From the NCBI GenBank assembly GCA_964342155.1, contig CAYFEQ010000005.1:24889-88888 (forward strand): 64,000 nt of DNA, in the 5' to 3' direction. The stretch is from an uncultured Ectothiorhodospiraceae bacterium (GTDB taxonomy: Bacteria > Pseudomonadota > Gammaproteobacteria > GCA-002705445 > GCA-002716945). The notes beneath the pieces were generated by a model. That model did not search any database, was not told the origin of the DNA, and saw only the letters and a program-made list of their open reading frames with translations. A program made the position numbers and the translations under genes. Below, piece after piece: positions 1 through 8,847 of this stretch; within the stretch, counting starts at the first letter, position 1; every line of letters starts with the position of its first letter.

Positions 1-2
1 AA

Positions 3-215
3 GCAGTAGCTTTAGTTCATAAATATGATGGTGAATTTCCAATCAGATACTGGAAAGAGTTTCTTGACTACTTAGATATTACGGAAAAAGAATTTTGGTA
101 TATTGCTGATAAATACAGGAGAGACCTTGTTTGGGAACCAACAAAAGCTAAGTTTTCTGGTTACTCACCAGAAGCTCAATACAAGCTATGGAAATTAAAA
201 GAACAAGTTGAGTAA
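3..215 (+). CDS. 3' end of an upstream CDS (partial, N-terminus outside the window). Function unknown. Weak guess: C-terminus of a glycan-cluster amidotransferase-type enzyme.
   Basis: Open frame from the window edge (frame of nt 3) to TAA at 213-215. The frame of nt 1 hits stops immediately. I recognise no motif in the 71 translated residues. Confidence 0.35.
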   Translation, partial: AVALVHKYDGEFPIRYWKEFLDYLDITEKEFWYIADKYRRDLVWEPTKAKFSGYSPEAQYKLWKLKEQVE

Positions 216-228
216 AACAAAGATTTAA

Positions 229-915
229 ATGAAAAAAATTTACGGTATATATGGCGCCGGTGGTTTTGCAAGCGAAGTAATGCCAATCTTAAAAGCCTAT
301 CTGAGTGACATCAAAGATAATACATCACGATTAGTGTATGTATCAGAATCGAGTGATGAATTAGCTATAAAACGTATTAATAATTACGACATTATTAGTT
401 TAGATGATTTTATAAATATTAATTCATCAAAGAAATATCTCACCCTTGCTATCGCTAATAATAAATTAAGAGAAGATCTAAATATCAGGCTGAATAATAA
501 AGAGTTTGAATATTTTACTATCAAAGCTTTAAATTCAACAATATTAGATAATGTGATAATTGGAGATGGGTCAATAATATGTCCATATGTAACTTTGACA
601 TCAAACATCAACATAGGAAAACATTTTCAAGCAAATATATATAGCTATGTGGCACATGACTGTCAAGTTGGTGATTTTGTAACATTTGCACCTGCTGTTA
701 AATGCAATGGGAATGTAATAATTGAGAACAATGTTTATATTGGAACTGGTGCTATTATAAAACAAGGAAAAAAAGATAAGCCGTTAATTATTGGTAAAAA
801 CTCAATAGTTGCTCCAGGCTCATTTGTTACTAAAAATGTACCTCCAAATACAACTGTTATTGGAAATCCTGCGAACCCCCTTAAAAAAAGCAATCTAAAA
901 GCTTCAAATGAATAA
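229..915 (+). CDS. NeuD/PglD-family sugar N-acetyltransferase (left-handed beta-helix, hexapeptide repeat)
   Basis: The N-terminal IYGAGGFASEV Rossmann-like motif is typical of the NeuD/PglD/WbpD family. The C-terminal half carries hexapeptide repeats (IGDGSIICPYV, IGKHFQANIYS, VGDFVTFAPAV, IGTGAII). Confidence 0.75.
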   Translation: MKKIYGIYGAGGFASEVMPILKAYLSDIKDNTSRLVYVSESSDELAIKRINNYDIISLDDFININSSKKYLTLAIANNKLREDLNIRLNNKEFEYFTIKALNSTILDNVIIGDGSIICPYVTLTSNINIGKHFQANIYSYVAHDCQVGDFVTFAPAVKCNGNVIIENNVYIGTGAIIKQGKKDKPLIIGKNSIVAPGSFVTKNVPPNTTVIGNPANPLKKSNLKASNE

Positions 916-1327
916 AATAAGAGACAGATTTGATTCAATTCATCTTGGCATGGATGAATCGATTCAAAAGATAATAACAGAAGATGATGTTATAGCATTT
1001 TCAAATATCTCTGGTGATACTAACCCAATACATTTGTCCGACGTATATGCAAAAGAAACAAGATATAAAAAGAAAATAGCGCACGGTTTATTATCAGCAT
1101 CGTTTTTTTCGGCTATCTTTGGCACAAAATTACCAGGAAATGGGTGTGTTTATTTGTCACAATCATTAAAATTTAAATACCCAGTCTACATAGGGGATGA
1201 AGTGACTGCAACTGTTACTGTTTTAGAAATAAATAAAGAAAAGAATATCATAACTTTTTCTACAGTATGCAGAGTTAAAAATAAAATTGTAATTGATGGT
1301 AAGGCAGAAATATATTTGTCTGATTAA
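908..1327 (+). CDS. MaoC-like (R)-specific enoyl-CoA hydratase / hot-dog fold dehydratase
   Basis: It has the hydratase-2 motif GDTNPIHLSD, an active-site AHG (IAHGLL) and a hot-dog-fold length of 139 aa. Its start overlaps the upstream stop by 8 nt, which indicates an operon. Confidence 0.75.
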   Translation: MNKIRDRFDSIHLGMDESIQKIITEDDVIAFSNISGDTNPIHLSDVYAKETRYKKKIAHGLLSASFFSAIFGTKLPGNGCVYLSQSLKFKYPVYIGDEVTATVTVLEINKEKNIITFSTVCRVKNKIVIDGKAEIYLSD

Positions 1328-1366
1328 TTTAAGCAATACATTAGATAATATTTTTCTATATACAAT

Positions 1367-2131
1367 ATGAAATTCCTAGAACTTCTAATAAAAATTAAAG
1401 ATATAAATAAAAAGGAAATTACATCTATATTCTCAACAGATGCGTTTTTTAGATATATATCATTTTATATAACTCCAATATTTTATTATTTAAGATTTTC
1501 ACCAAACTTAATCACATTAATTTCTTTAATGACTGGAGTCTATGGATCATTGCTGATAATAAGTTACGGGCAAGAATATTTACAAATTGGGATAATTTTA
1601 TACTTTTTATCAATCATAATTGATTATTGTGACGGAAACATAGCTAGAATTTTAAATATTCCTACTTTTTATGGTAGGTTTTTAGATGGATTTATCGATA
1701 CCATAGTCCTAGGTTCATTGCAGATTGCGTTGATAATAGTCTTAATGAATGCTGATCAAAACCACATCAATATCCTAGGCTTAAGTTTTGATAATAGTTT
1801 GATTTTTATTATATTACTTATTAGTCTATTCAGTACACCAATACAACATTTTATTTATGATCGTTATTCTTCATATATTAGATGGATAAAAGAAGAGCAT
1901 AATAAGAAATTATCACCAACAATAAAAACTGAAATTTCATTTACGTTCATCAATCTATTAAATGATTTGCAAATATTATTTATTATATTATGTGCTTTTT
2001 CGAATATATTTATATTTATTTATTTTTTAATTAACTTATTTTCAACATTATTAATAGTTAGCTACCATATGTATTTTTCTAAAAAAAATATGAATTTTTT
2101 TGCAGAAACACATCGTATTAAAAATGAATAA
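1367..2131 (+). CDS. CDP-alcohol phosphatidyltransferase family integral membrane protein
   Basis: The signature D-G-x2-A-R-x8-G-x3-D-x3-D is present as DYCDGNIAR-ILNIPTFY-GRFLDGFID. The protein is multi-helical and hydrophobic. Its 3' end overlaps the start of the next gene. Confidence 0.7.
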   Translation: MKFLELLIKIKDINKKEITSIFSTDAFFRYISFYITPIFYYLRFSPNLITLISLMTGVYGSLLIISYGQEYLQIGIILYFLSIIIDYCDGNIARILNIPTFYGRFLDGFIDTIVLGSLQIALIIVLMNADQNHINILGLSFDNSLIFIILLISLFSTPIQHFIYDRYSSYIRWIKEEHNKKLSPTIKTEISFTFINLLNDLQILFIILCAFSNIFIFIYFLINLFSTLLIVSYHMYFSKKNMNFFAETHRIKNE

Positions 2132-4913
2132 AAAAATTTCCTACACTTTTGTTATTGCTGATTTATTTCACTATGGTCACTTAAGAGTGCTTGAACAGGC
2201 GAAGAAATTTGGGAATTATCATATATGTGCAATTCTTTCAGATGATATTTGTGCACAGTGGCATGGACAAAATTTATGTAGTTTAAATGAAAGAAGCAAA
2301 GTCATAGAGGCATGTAGTTTTGTAGATGAAGTAATGGTTCAAAATTCAATAGATCCAACAGAAAACTTAAGAAAGATTCTTAAAAAATATAATGATTGTG
2401 AGATAACTGTATTTCATGGTGATGATTGGAATGTATTGCCTGGCAAATTATTTATGGAAAATAATAATATAGGTACTAAATTAATTAAATATTATAAGCG
2501 TCTATCAAGAACATCAATTTATCATCACTTTTCAAAAAAATCTAATAGCTCAAATAGCAACATTAGTGATTATAAACTTAATAATATTGTTAATTTATTT
2601 GAAACAAAAGCACAAACATTAGAAACACTTAATAAACTTTTAAATAAATCACTTATAGAGCCACTATACACATTTAAAGTTAAAGACTTTTTTAAATCAA
2701 AATCTAAGATTATCAAACAAATACAGACAAAGTTCTCTAAAAAAATTATTGTAAGAAGTTCTACAAGCAAAGAAGATGGATTAAACAGATCATGTGCTGG
2801 TGAATTCTTAACTGTTCAAAATATTGATGCTTTTTCAGAGAAATCAATTTCGAATGCAATCAATAAAGTTATTGCTGCTTATAAAGAGAGGATGGATAGC
2901 CATAGTGACGAAGAAATATTGATACAAGAACAGTCTGAGGGGATTATTTTGAGTGGAGTAGTTTTTACAAAAGGTTTACAAACAAACTCTCCATATTATG
3001 TAATTACTTACGATGATCAGTCTGGTAAAACAGATACAGTTACAAGTGGACAATCAAGTAGCACCATATGGCTGCACAGAGACACAAAAAAATACAAATG
3101 CCCAACAAAATGGAAAAATCTTATTGAGTCAATTAATGAAATAGAGAATATTTTTAAATCAATGGTGTTAGATATTGAATTTGCAATAAGAAAAAATGGT
3201 AAAGTTATAATTTATCAAGTTAGGCCTTTAGCTGCTAACATCAAATATATTGATTTAAATGAAGATTATATAGATGATTCAACTGAAAAAATTGTATCAG
3301 ACTATCAAATATATTCTCAGTCAGGATCAAATCTATTAAGCGATATGGCTTTTTGGAACCCATCGGAATTAATTGGAGAAAACCCAAAACCAATGTCTTA
3401 CTCAATATTTGAAGACATTTTAATGAAAAAACATTGGAATATTGGTTTAACTGAAATTGGATATAGTGAAGTAAATAAGAATTTAATATATAAAATTGGA
3501 AATAAACCATATATTAATGTTGATTATTCAATAAAAGCATTACTCCCAAGCTCTCTTCCAGAAAATATAAGAAAAAAACTGGAAAAATATTATAAAAATA
3601 AGTTTGTTAAGAATTTACATAATCATGATAAATTTGAATTTGAAGTCATACATTCATCGCATTTATTTGAATCAGAACTTGCTGATTTGATGCCCAAAAT
3701 ACTAAAGAAAAAAGAATATACAATATATAAGCAGTTGCTTAAAAGAATGACCATAAAGATTATAAAAAATTATCCAAAGAAAGAAAATCAATTTATAAAT
3801 GATGTTAAGAAATGTCTGAAGAAGTCAGTTAATGAAAATACAAACAATCATCTTTCAATAATCAATAATATTTTCCATAATATTAATTTGTTGAAGCAAT
3901 ATGCAACTTCACAATTCTCAACAGCTGCTAGAATGGCATTCATTAGCAAATCTATATTAAATAGCTTATTAAAAGAAAACTATTTAAAGGAAGAAGAAAT
4001 TAGTCTCTTTTACCAATCACTTAATACGGTGGCGGCTCAGTATAAAAATGATTTTAAAAGATTAAGTTTAGATAAATTTAAAAATAAATTTGGGCATTTA
4101 AGATCAGGGACATATAGTTTAACTTCAACCAAGTTAGAAGATAGGGAATTAAAGAAAACTTCTATTAATGTTAATAAAAAAGATAAATTTAATAAAAACA
4201 AATTTATTAATATTTTAGATGAAGTTCTTAAGAAAAACAAACTTGAGGTTTCAAAAGATAATTTATATAACTTTCTCTCTAAATCCTTTCAATTAAGGGA
4301 ATATTTAAAATTTGAATATACAAAAGTAATTAGTTCAATACTTGATATGATGTCAAATTTATCCAATATATTAAATATACCTATCTATGAATTTGAATAC
4401 TTAACTTTGGATGTTTTAAAATCAGGGTTAAATTTTGAAACAAAAACAGAATGTTCAGATTTTTATAATACATTTATAAATAAGTCTAGAAATGAATTTA
4501 TTGGTTATAAAAAACTTATCCAAAATCAAGTTATATGCGATAAGAATGATTTTTATATAATAGAACATAAGATTGCTAAACCAAACTATATAACTAGTAA
4601 ATCTATTGAAGGAAATGTATTGCTTCTTGATAATTCAAAATTCAAGGCATCAACATTAAATAACAAAATTATTATGATAGAGAGCGCAGACCCAGGATAC
4701 GACTGGATATTTACTCATAATATTAAAGGGCTAATTACAAAATTTGGTGGCGTTGGTTCTCATATGGCAATAAGATGCGCTGAATTTAATTTACCTGCAG
4801 CTATTGGATGTGGAAATGCAATATTTAATAATCTATTAAATAGCAAAAGGATCAAATTAGATTGTAATAATAACCAGATAATTAACCTAACAAGTAATGA
4901 AGTATTTAATTAG
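2100..4913 (+). CDS. Fusion protein of 937 aa. The N-terminus is an HxGH cytidylyltransferase-like domain (TagD / RfaE domain-II type). It is followed by a PEP-synthase-like ATP-grasp plus phosphohistidine (PEP-utilizing enzyme mobile) domain. It is a candidate Cj1418-like amide kinase.
   Basis: Residues 10-70 read FVIADLFHYGHLRVLEQAKKFGNYHICAILSDD, with a HIGH-type FHYGH motif. The middle, IVRSSTSKEDGLNRSCAGEFLTVQNI, resembles the PEP synthase and PPDK N-terminal VRSSATAEDLP..SFAGQ motif. The C-terminus, GGVGSHMAIRCAEFNLPAAIGCGNA, resembles the PEP-utilizing phosphohistidine loop GGxxSHAAIxAREL.IPAVVG. Confidence 0.7.
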   Translation: MQKHIVLKMNKKISYTFVIADLFHYGHLRVLEQAKKFGNYHICAILSDDICAQWHGQNLCSLNERSKVIEACSFVDEVMVQNSIDPTENLRKILKKYNDCEITVFHGDDWNVLPGKLFMENNNIGTKLIKYYKRLSRTSIYHHFSKKSNSSNSNISDYKLNNIVNLFETKAQTLETLNKLLNKSLIEPLYTFKVKDFFKSKSKIIKQIQTKFSKKIIVRSSTSKEDGLNRSCAGEFLTVQNIDAFSEKSISNAINKVIAAYKERMDSHSDEEILIQEQSEGIILSGVVFTKGLQTNSPYYVITYDDQSGKTDTVTSGQSSSTIWLHRDTKKYKCPTKWKNLIESINEIENIFKSMVLDIEFAIRKNGKVIIYQVRPLAANIKYIDLNEDYIDDSTEKIVSDYQIYSQSGSNLLSDMAFWNPSELIGENPKPMSYSIFEDILMKKHWNIGLTEIGYSEVNKNLIYKIGNKPYINVDYSIKALLPSSLPENIRKKLEKYYKNKFVKNLHNHDKFEFEVIHSSHLFESELADLMPKILKKKEYTIYKQLLKRMTIKIIKNYPKKENQFINDVKKCLKKSVNENTNNHLSIINNIFHNINLLKQYATSQFSTAARMAFISKSILNSLLKENYLKEEEISLFYQSLNTVAAQYKNDFKRLSLDKFKNKFGHLRSGTYSLTSTKLEDRELKKTSINVNKKDKFNKNKFINILDEVLKKNKLEVSKDNLYNFLSKSFQLREYLKFEYTKVISSILDMMSNLSNILNIPIYEFEYLTLDVLKSGLNFETKTECSDFYNTFINKSRNEFIGYKKLIQNQVICDKNDFYIIEHKIAKPNYITSKSIEGNVLLLDNSKFKASTLNNKIIMIESADPGYDWIFTHNIKGLITKFGGVGSHMAIRCAEFNLPAAIGCGNAIFNNLLNSKRIKLDCNNNQIINLTSNEVFN

Positions 4914-5571
4914 TCAATCACATATAAAAAATAATGATGAGATCTATGATGATTTAGATATTAAGTATCAGAACTATTTTTCTAATTATAATATTGATTT
5001 AATACCTATAAAAAATTCTAAAAATATCAAACAATCAAATATTGAAAAGTATCTTGATAGGGCTGATTCATTTGATGGAATCATATTGTCTGGCTCTGGA
5101 GATATCGACTTAACTCAATATAATTTACCTGACAACAAATCTACAAAATTTTCTGAGGATAGAGATTTAATAGAATCTAAATTGATAGATTTAGCCTTAT
5201 CTGAAACTAAGCCAATAATAGGAATATGTCATGGTATGCAAAAAATAAATCAATATTTCAATGGAAAGATACATCCTTATTATCACTGCAGGAAGGAAAC
5301 TTATAGTGAGCAAGGTATAGAACATCAAATAATAGGAACGGATGAATTAATCGGCTTGAAAAGTAAATACAAAGTGAATCAATATCATGATCATTGTATT
5401 CTAGAGGATGATTTATCTAATGACTTAAAATGTTTTGCATTAGACCCAAGATTTCAAACAGTAGAAGGATTTTATAATCAGAAAATGAATATTGTTGGCA
5501 TGCAATGGCATCCTGAAAGAAAAATATCTGATAAAAACATTACATCAAAAATTCTAAATCAATTCATATGA
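4897..5571 (+). CDS. Class I glutamine amidotransferase / gamma-glutamyl hydrolase-like (C26 peptidase family). It is a candidate Cj1417-like gamma-glutamyl-CDP-amidate hydrolase.
   Basis: It has the catalytic Cys motif IIGICHGMQ and a C-terminal MQWHPE His/Glu motif, at 224 aa. Its start overlaps the stop of the upstream fusion gene. Confidence 0.65.
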   Translation: MKYLISQSHIKNNDEIYDDLDIKYQNYFSNYNIDLIPIKNSKNIKQSNIEKYLDRADSFDGIILSGSGDIDLTQYNLPDNKSTKFSEDRDLIESKLIDLALSETKPIIGICHGMQKINQYFNGKIHPYYHCRKETYSEQGIEHQIIGTDELIGLKSKYKVNQYHDHCILEDDLSNDLKCFALDPRFQTVEGFYNQKMNIVGMQWHPERKISDKNITSKILNQFI

Positions 5572-6344
5572 AAGCAATTATTCTTGCGGCAGGCAAAGGA
5601 ACTAGATTAGGTAAAATAACTGAGAATCAACCTAAATGTTTATTAAAAATAGGTAAAACAAATATCTTAGATATTCAAACTAAACAGTTTATCGATAATA
5701 ATATACATGATATTTATGTTGTATCAGGACATTGCTCAAATCAAATTAAATCACAACAGATAAAAAACATAACTAATAAAGAATATAATACGACAAATAT
5801 GGTTTATTCATTAGTGCAGGCACGTCAATATTTAGATGATGACGTAATTATTTCATATGGAGATATAATTTTTCATGATTCAATATTGAAGGGTCTAATT
5901 TCAAATCAAAATAAAAATTTAGTAGTTTCAGATAAAAATTGGAGACAATACTGGGTAGAACGATATAATAGTTATGAAGTTGATATAGAATCATTCAAAA
6001 TAAAAAATGGAAAACTTATTGAAATAGGGCAAAATTGTAAATCTGCTGACAATATTGATGGAAGATATATAGGGTTGATGAAGTTTTCTCAATCAACAAT
6101 AAACAAAATCTTGGAAATATGGGATAGAGATTTTGATAGTTATACAAAAAAGTTTTGGAGAACAACAAAAAAATTTATTCAAGAGTCATTTATGACTGAT
6201 ATGTTACAAGAACTAATCAATGAAGGAGTTGATTTAGATGTTTATGAAATTAATAATCAATGGTGTGAAATTGATACAGTCAAAGATTATCAATTAGCAC
6301 AAAAATTTTATTCTAAAAATATAGATAATAATCATGGCAAATAA
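5568..6344 (+). CDS. LicC-like sugar/phospho-alcohol nucleotidyltransferase (NTP_transferase fold). It is a candidate Cj1416-like cytidylyltransferase.
   Basis: The N-terminal MKAIILAAGKGTRLG...QPKCLL matches the G-x-G-T-R-L signature of GlmU/LicC-type nucleotidyltransferases. Length is 258 aa. Its start overlaps the upstream stop. Confidence 0.7.
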   Translation: MKAIILAAGKGTRLGKITENQPKCLLKIGKTNILDIQTKQFIDNNIHDIYVVSGHCSNQIKSQQIKNITNKEYNTTNMVYSLVQARQYLDDDVIISYGDIIFHDSILKGLISNQNKNLVVSDKNWRQYWVERYNSYEVDIESFKIKNGKLIEIGQNCKSADNIDGRYIGLMKFSQSTINKILEIWDRDFDSYTKKFWRTTKKFIQESFMTDMLQELINEGVDLDVYEINNQWCEIDTVKDYQLAQKFYSKNIDNNHGK

Positions 6345-7878
6345 TATATCATCAAAAACAGTATCACCTGTAAAAGGATTGAAAGAGTCTTTTGCTAAAC
6401 AAAGAATTGCTTTTACAAATCGCGCATCAGCAGTATTTCCAGTTTATTTAAGAAATAAAACTGACCTGCATATAGTATTTTTAAACTATTGGACTATAAA
6501 GAATAATATACCAGCTAACGGTCTATCAATTAATATAAAAATCTATGATGACTTAGGAAATCTACTAATTGTTCATGTTTTAGAAGAGATTGAAGATCAT
6601 AATCAAATTTCTATTAGAGCTATATTAAATGATAAAAAGGAATTAGATTTAGATAAACTAGATGGTACTGCTCATATTGAAATAATATCTACACATAATC
6701 TTAGATTCTCATTTCCAGCCATCATTGGAATCTATCAAGCTGAAAACCTTTTTAGTGCTGTACATTCAGCAGGCAGAGTTAAAAATAGCGATGAACTACA
6801 AAAAATATCGTATACTGAAGAAACTAATTGGATTTGCAAGAATAATGAACAAACAACTCCTTTCTTTCATTTTTTTAATGGACCTCAATTACCAACGAAA
6901 AAAAATATATTAGTTAATTTACATAAATCTTCTGATAATAATTTAATCTCTACTAAAGAAATTGATATAAGCAACATACCTGAATTAGGGTCAAAATTTT
7001 TTACAGCAGACAATTTATTTTCAAAATCAGATCTAAAAAATGAATGCTATATATCAGTAAAGGTTGAACATAATTGTATTTTTCCAAGACTTGTAGTTGG
7101 AAATTTATATAAGGAAAATAATTTTTTAGAAGCGACGCATTCATTTCCTATTATAAAGAATATCGATCATATAAAATCTGATGAAAAGCCAATTACATAT
7201 AAAGCCTTATTATGTGGATTTACTTCAAAGGAGTTATCTCTTGATATGTCAGTCTTTCCAACAAATTGTGAGGGTGAATTTCAAGCTGATTTTCTTACTC
7301 AAAAATATAATGAAGATAAAATTAAGGCCATTGGAAATTCAGAATATTTTGACAAAAAAAAGTTGAAACAAATGCAAACTTTTAAATTAGATAATCAGGA
7401 ACAGTTTCTTGAGATAGGGTTAACGGGAGAATCTGTCCCGTCTCGAATTAACGCCTCTTTTATTTATAGAGTAAAAGATAAAGCAGGCCCAGACTATACA
7501 ACTAATATTGCAAATGGTGCAGTCTCACATGTTTTTCCGCCTAGACATAGACAATGGGGACATGGCTATTTAGGAAATAACTTTGAAACAAATATTCATA
7601 TAAGAAATACAAGTCATAACCCTGACGACACAAAGGATGGTAATGGGACAATAATATTCTATGGAAAAAATATGAAAATTGTTCATAAATTTAAAATTAA
7701 AGCTGAATCATCATTAGCAATAAGCCTTTCAGACATTATTTCAAAAGATAATATAAATGCTTATGATGATAATAATTTTATTAGTTGGATGATGGAAATA
7801 GATATTCCTAATTGTGATTCTCATTGGGTATCATTTAGAAAATCAGATGGAGCCATATTTGGCGAACATAGTTTCTAA
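6334..7878 (+). CDS. Hypothetical protein of 514 aa, soluble, with no recognisable motif
   Basis: It is a long uninterrupted ORF in the operon frame, overlapping its upstream neighbour by 11 nt. I see no TM segments or signal peptide. I cannot match it to any family from sequence alone. Confidence 0.5.
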   Translation: MANNISSKTVSPVKGLKESFAKQRIAFTNRASAVFPVYLRNKTDLHIVFLNYWTIKNNIPANGLSINIKIYDDLGNLLIVHVLEEIEDHNQISIRAILNDKKELDLDKLDGTAHIEIISTHNLRFSFPAIIGIYQAENLFSAVHSAGRVKNSDELQKISYTEETNWICKNNEQTTPFFHFFNGPQLPTKKNILVNLHKSSDNNLISTKEIDISNIPELGSKFFTADNLFSKSDLKNECYISVKVEHNCIFPRLVVGNLYKENNFLEATHSFPIIKNIDHIKSDEKPITYKALLCGFTSKELSLDMSVFPTNCEGEFQADFLTQKYNEDKIKAIGNSEYFDKKKLKQMQTFKLDNQEQFLEIGLTGESVPSRINASFIYRVKDKAGPDYTTNIANGAVSHVFPPRHRQWGHGYLGNNFETNIHIRNTSHNPDDTKDGNGTIIFYGKNMKIVHKFKIKAESSLAISLSDIISKDNINAYDDNNFISWMMEIDIPNCDSHWVSFRKSDGAIFGEHSF

Positions 7879-7923
7879 GAAAAAGTACAATACAAATTAA
7901 TTTAATCATTTATTTCTATAATA

Positions 7924-8847
7924 ATGGCATCAGACAATATTAGAAAAGAAGAAATTAAAAGATGGTGGGATAGCCCAAGAAATCTTAGGTGGGACAAATT
8001 TTATGAGACAAATGATTTAAACTCATACATGATCTCAAAGAGATTAGATAAGACTTTAGATATTTTAGATTCAATTAATAAATCAGAATTGAATATTATA
8101 GAATTAGGTTGTGGAGCAGGCCAGTCATCAGAAAAAATACTTAAAAGAGGTCATAAATATATTGGACTTGATATATCGCAACAATTAATAAAATGTGCTA
8201 AAGAAAGATGTGGAAAATACATTAAATCTAAAAATGCTAATTTTTATGCTCAAAGTGTTGATGAAAGATTACCAATAAAACCTAAAACACAAGACGTGGT
8301 CATAATCATTGGTATGCTCCAATATGTTGATGATATAGATTTTTGTTTTGATGAAATAAAACGAATTTTGAAGGATGATGGTCATATACTAATTTGTCAA
8401 ACCAACATGTATCACATACATGATTTTTTCTTACCTAGATCGCTATTGGTAAAACTCTCATATCTTTTTTTGCAAGAGAAATATGAAATATCAAATTCAA
8501 TAAAATCAATCTTGCTAGAGACTAAATTAAATAGAGTTTTTAGATTTAATAAAAATTCATCATTTATGAATTCAAATTTTGCAACGAAGGGCTATATAGA
8601 TAGAAAATATGATTTCAGAAAAAGATTAATATCATTGACAAGACTAACAAAAATTCTTAAGAAGTATAATTTTAATGTAATCACAAAGTCTGGGGCACCT
8701 TTTTTTTACACAGAAAATAGTTTTTTTAAACCAGTATTTAAATTATTAGACTTTGTATCAAATATTTTTTTAAAAGTACCACTTTTATCAGCTATTAAAT
8801 ATTTAGCTAATAATGTGATAATTTTAGGCAAAAATGAAAAAATTTAA
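7924..8847 (+). CDS. Class I SAM-dependent methyltransferase
   Basis: Motif I reads IIELGCGAGQSS, followed by an acidic residue at the end of beta-2 (YIGLDIS) and motif post-I/II (VVIIIGMLQYV). Length is 307 aa. Confidence 0.65.
   Translation: MASDNIRKEEIKRWWDSPRNLRWDKFYETNDLNSYMISKRLDKTLDILDSINKSELNIIELGCGAGQSSEKILKRGHKYIGLDISQQLIKCAKERCGKYIKSKNANFYAQSVDERLPIKPKTQDVVIIIGMLQYVDDIDFCFDEIKRILKDDGHILICQTNMYHIHDFFLPRSLLVKLSYLFLQEKYEISNSIKSILLETKLNRVFRFNKNSSFMNSNFATKGYIDRKYDFRKRLISLTRLTKILKKYNFNVITKSGAPFFYTENSFFKPVFKLLDFVSNIFLKVPLLSAIKYLANNVIILGKNEKI

Noticed and set aside
384-938. These are short antisense and alternative-frame ORFs inside confident CDSs. Examples are 384-614(-) and 735-938(-). 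Similar ones occur throughout, including 2570-2770, 3241-3510, 6725-6913, 11751-11969, 17974-18174, 25651-25959, 32740-32991, 45047-45286, 49283-49789 and 60330-61137.
   Set aside because: In a very AT-rich genome, stop-free stretches of 60-100 codons arise by chance. All of them lie fully within longer ORFs that have clear family motifs. None has recognisable motifs of its own.
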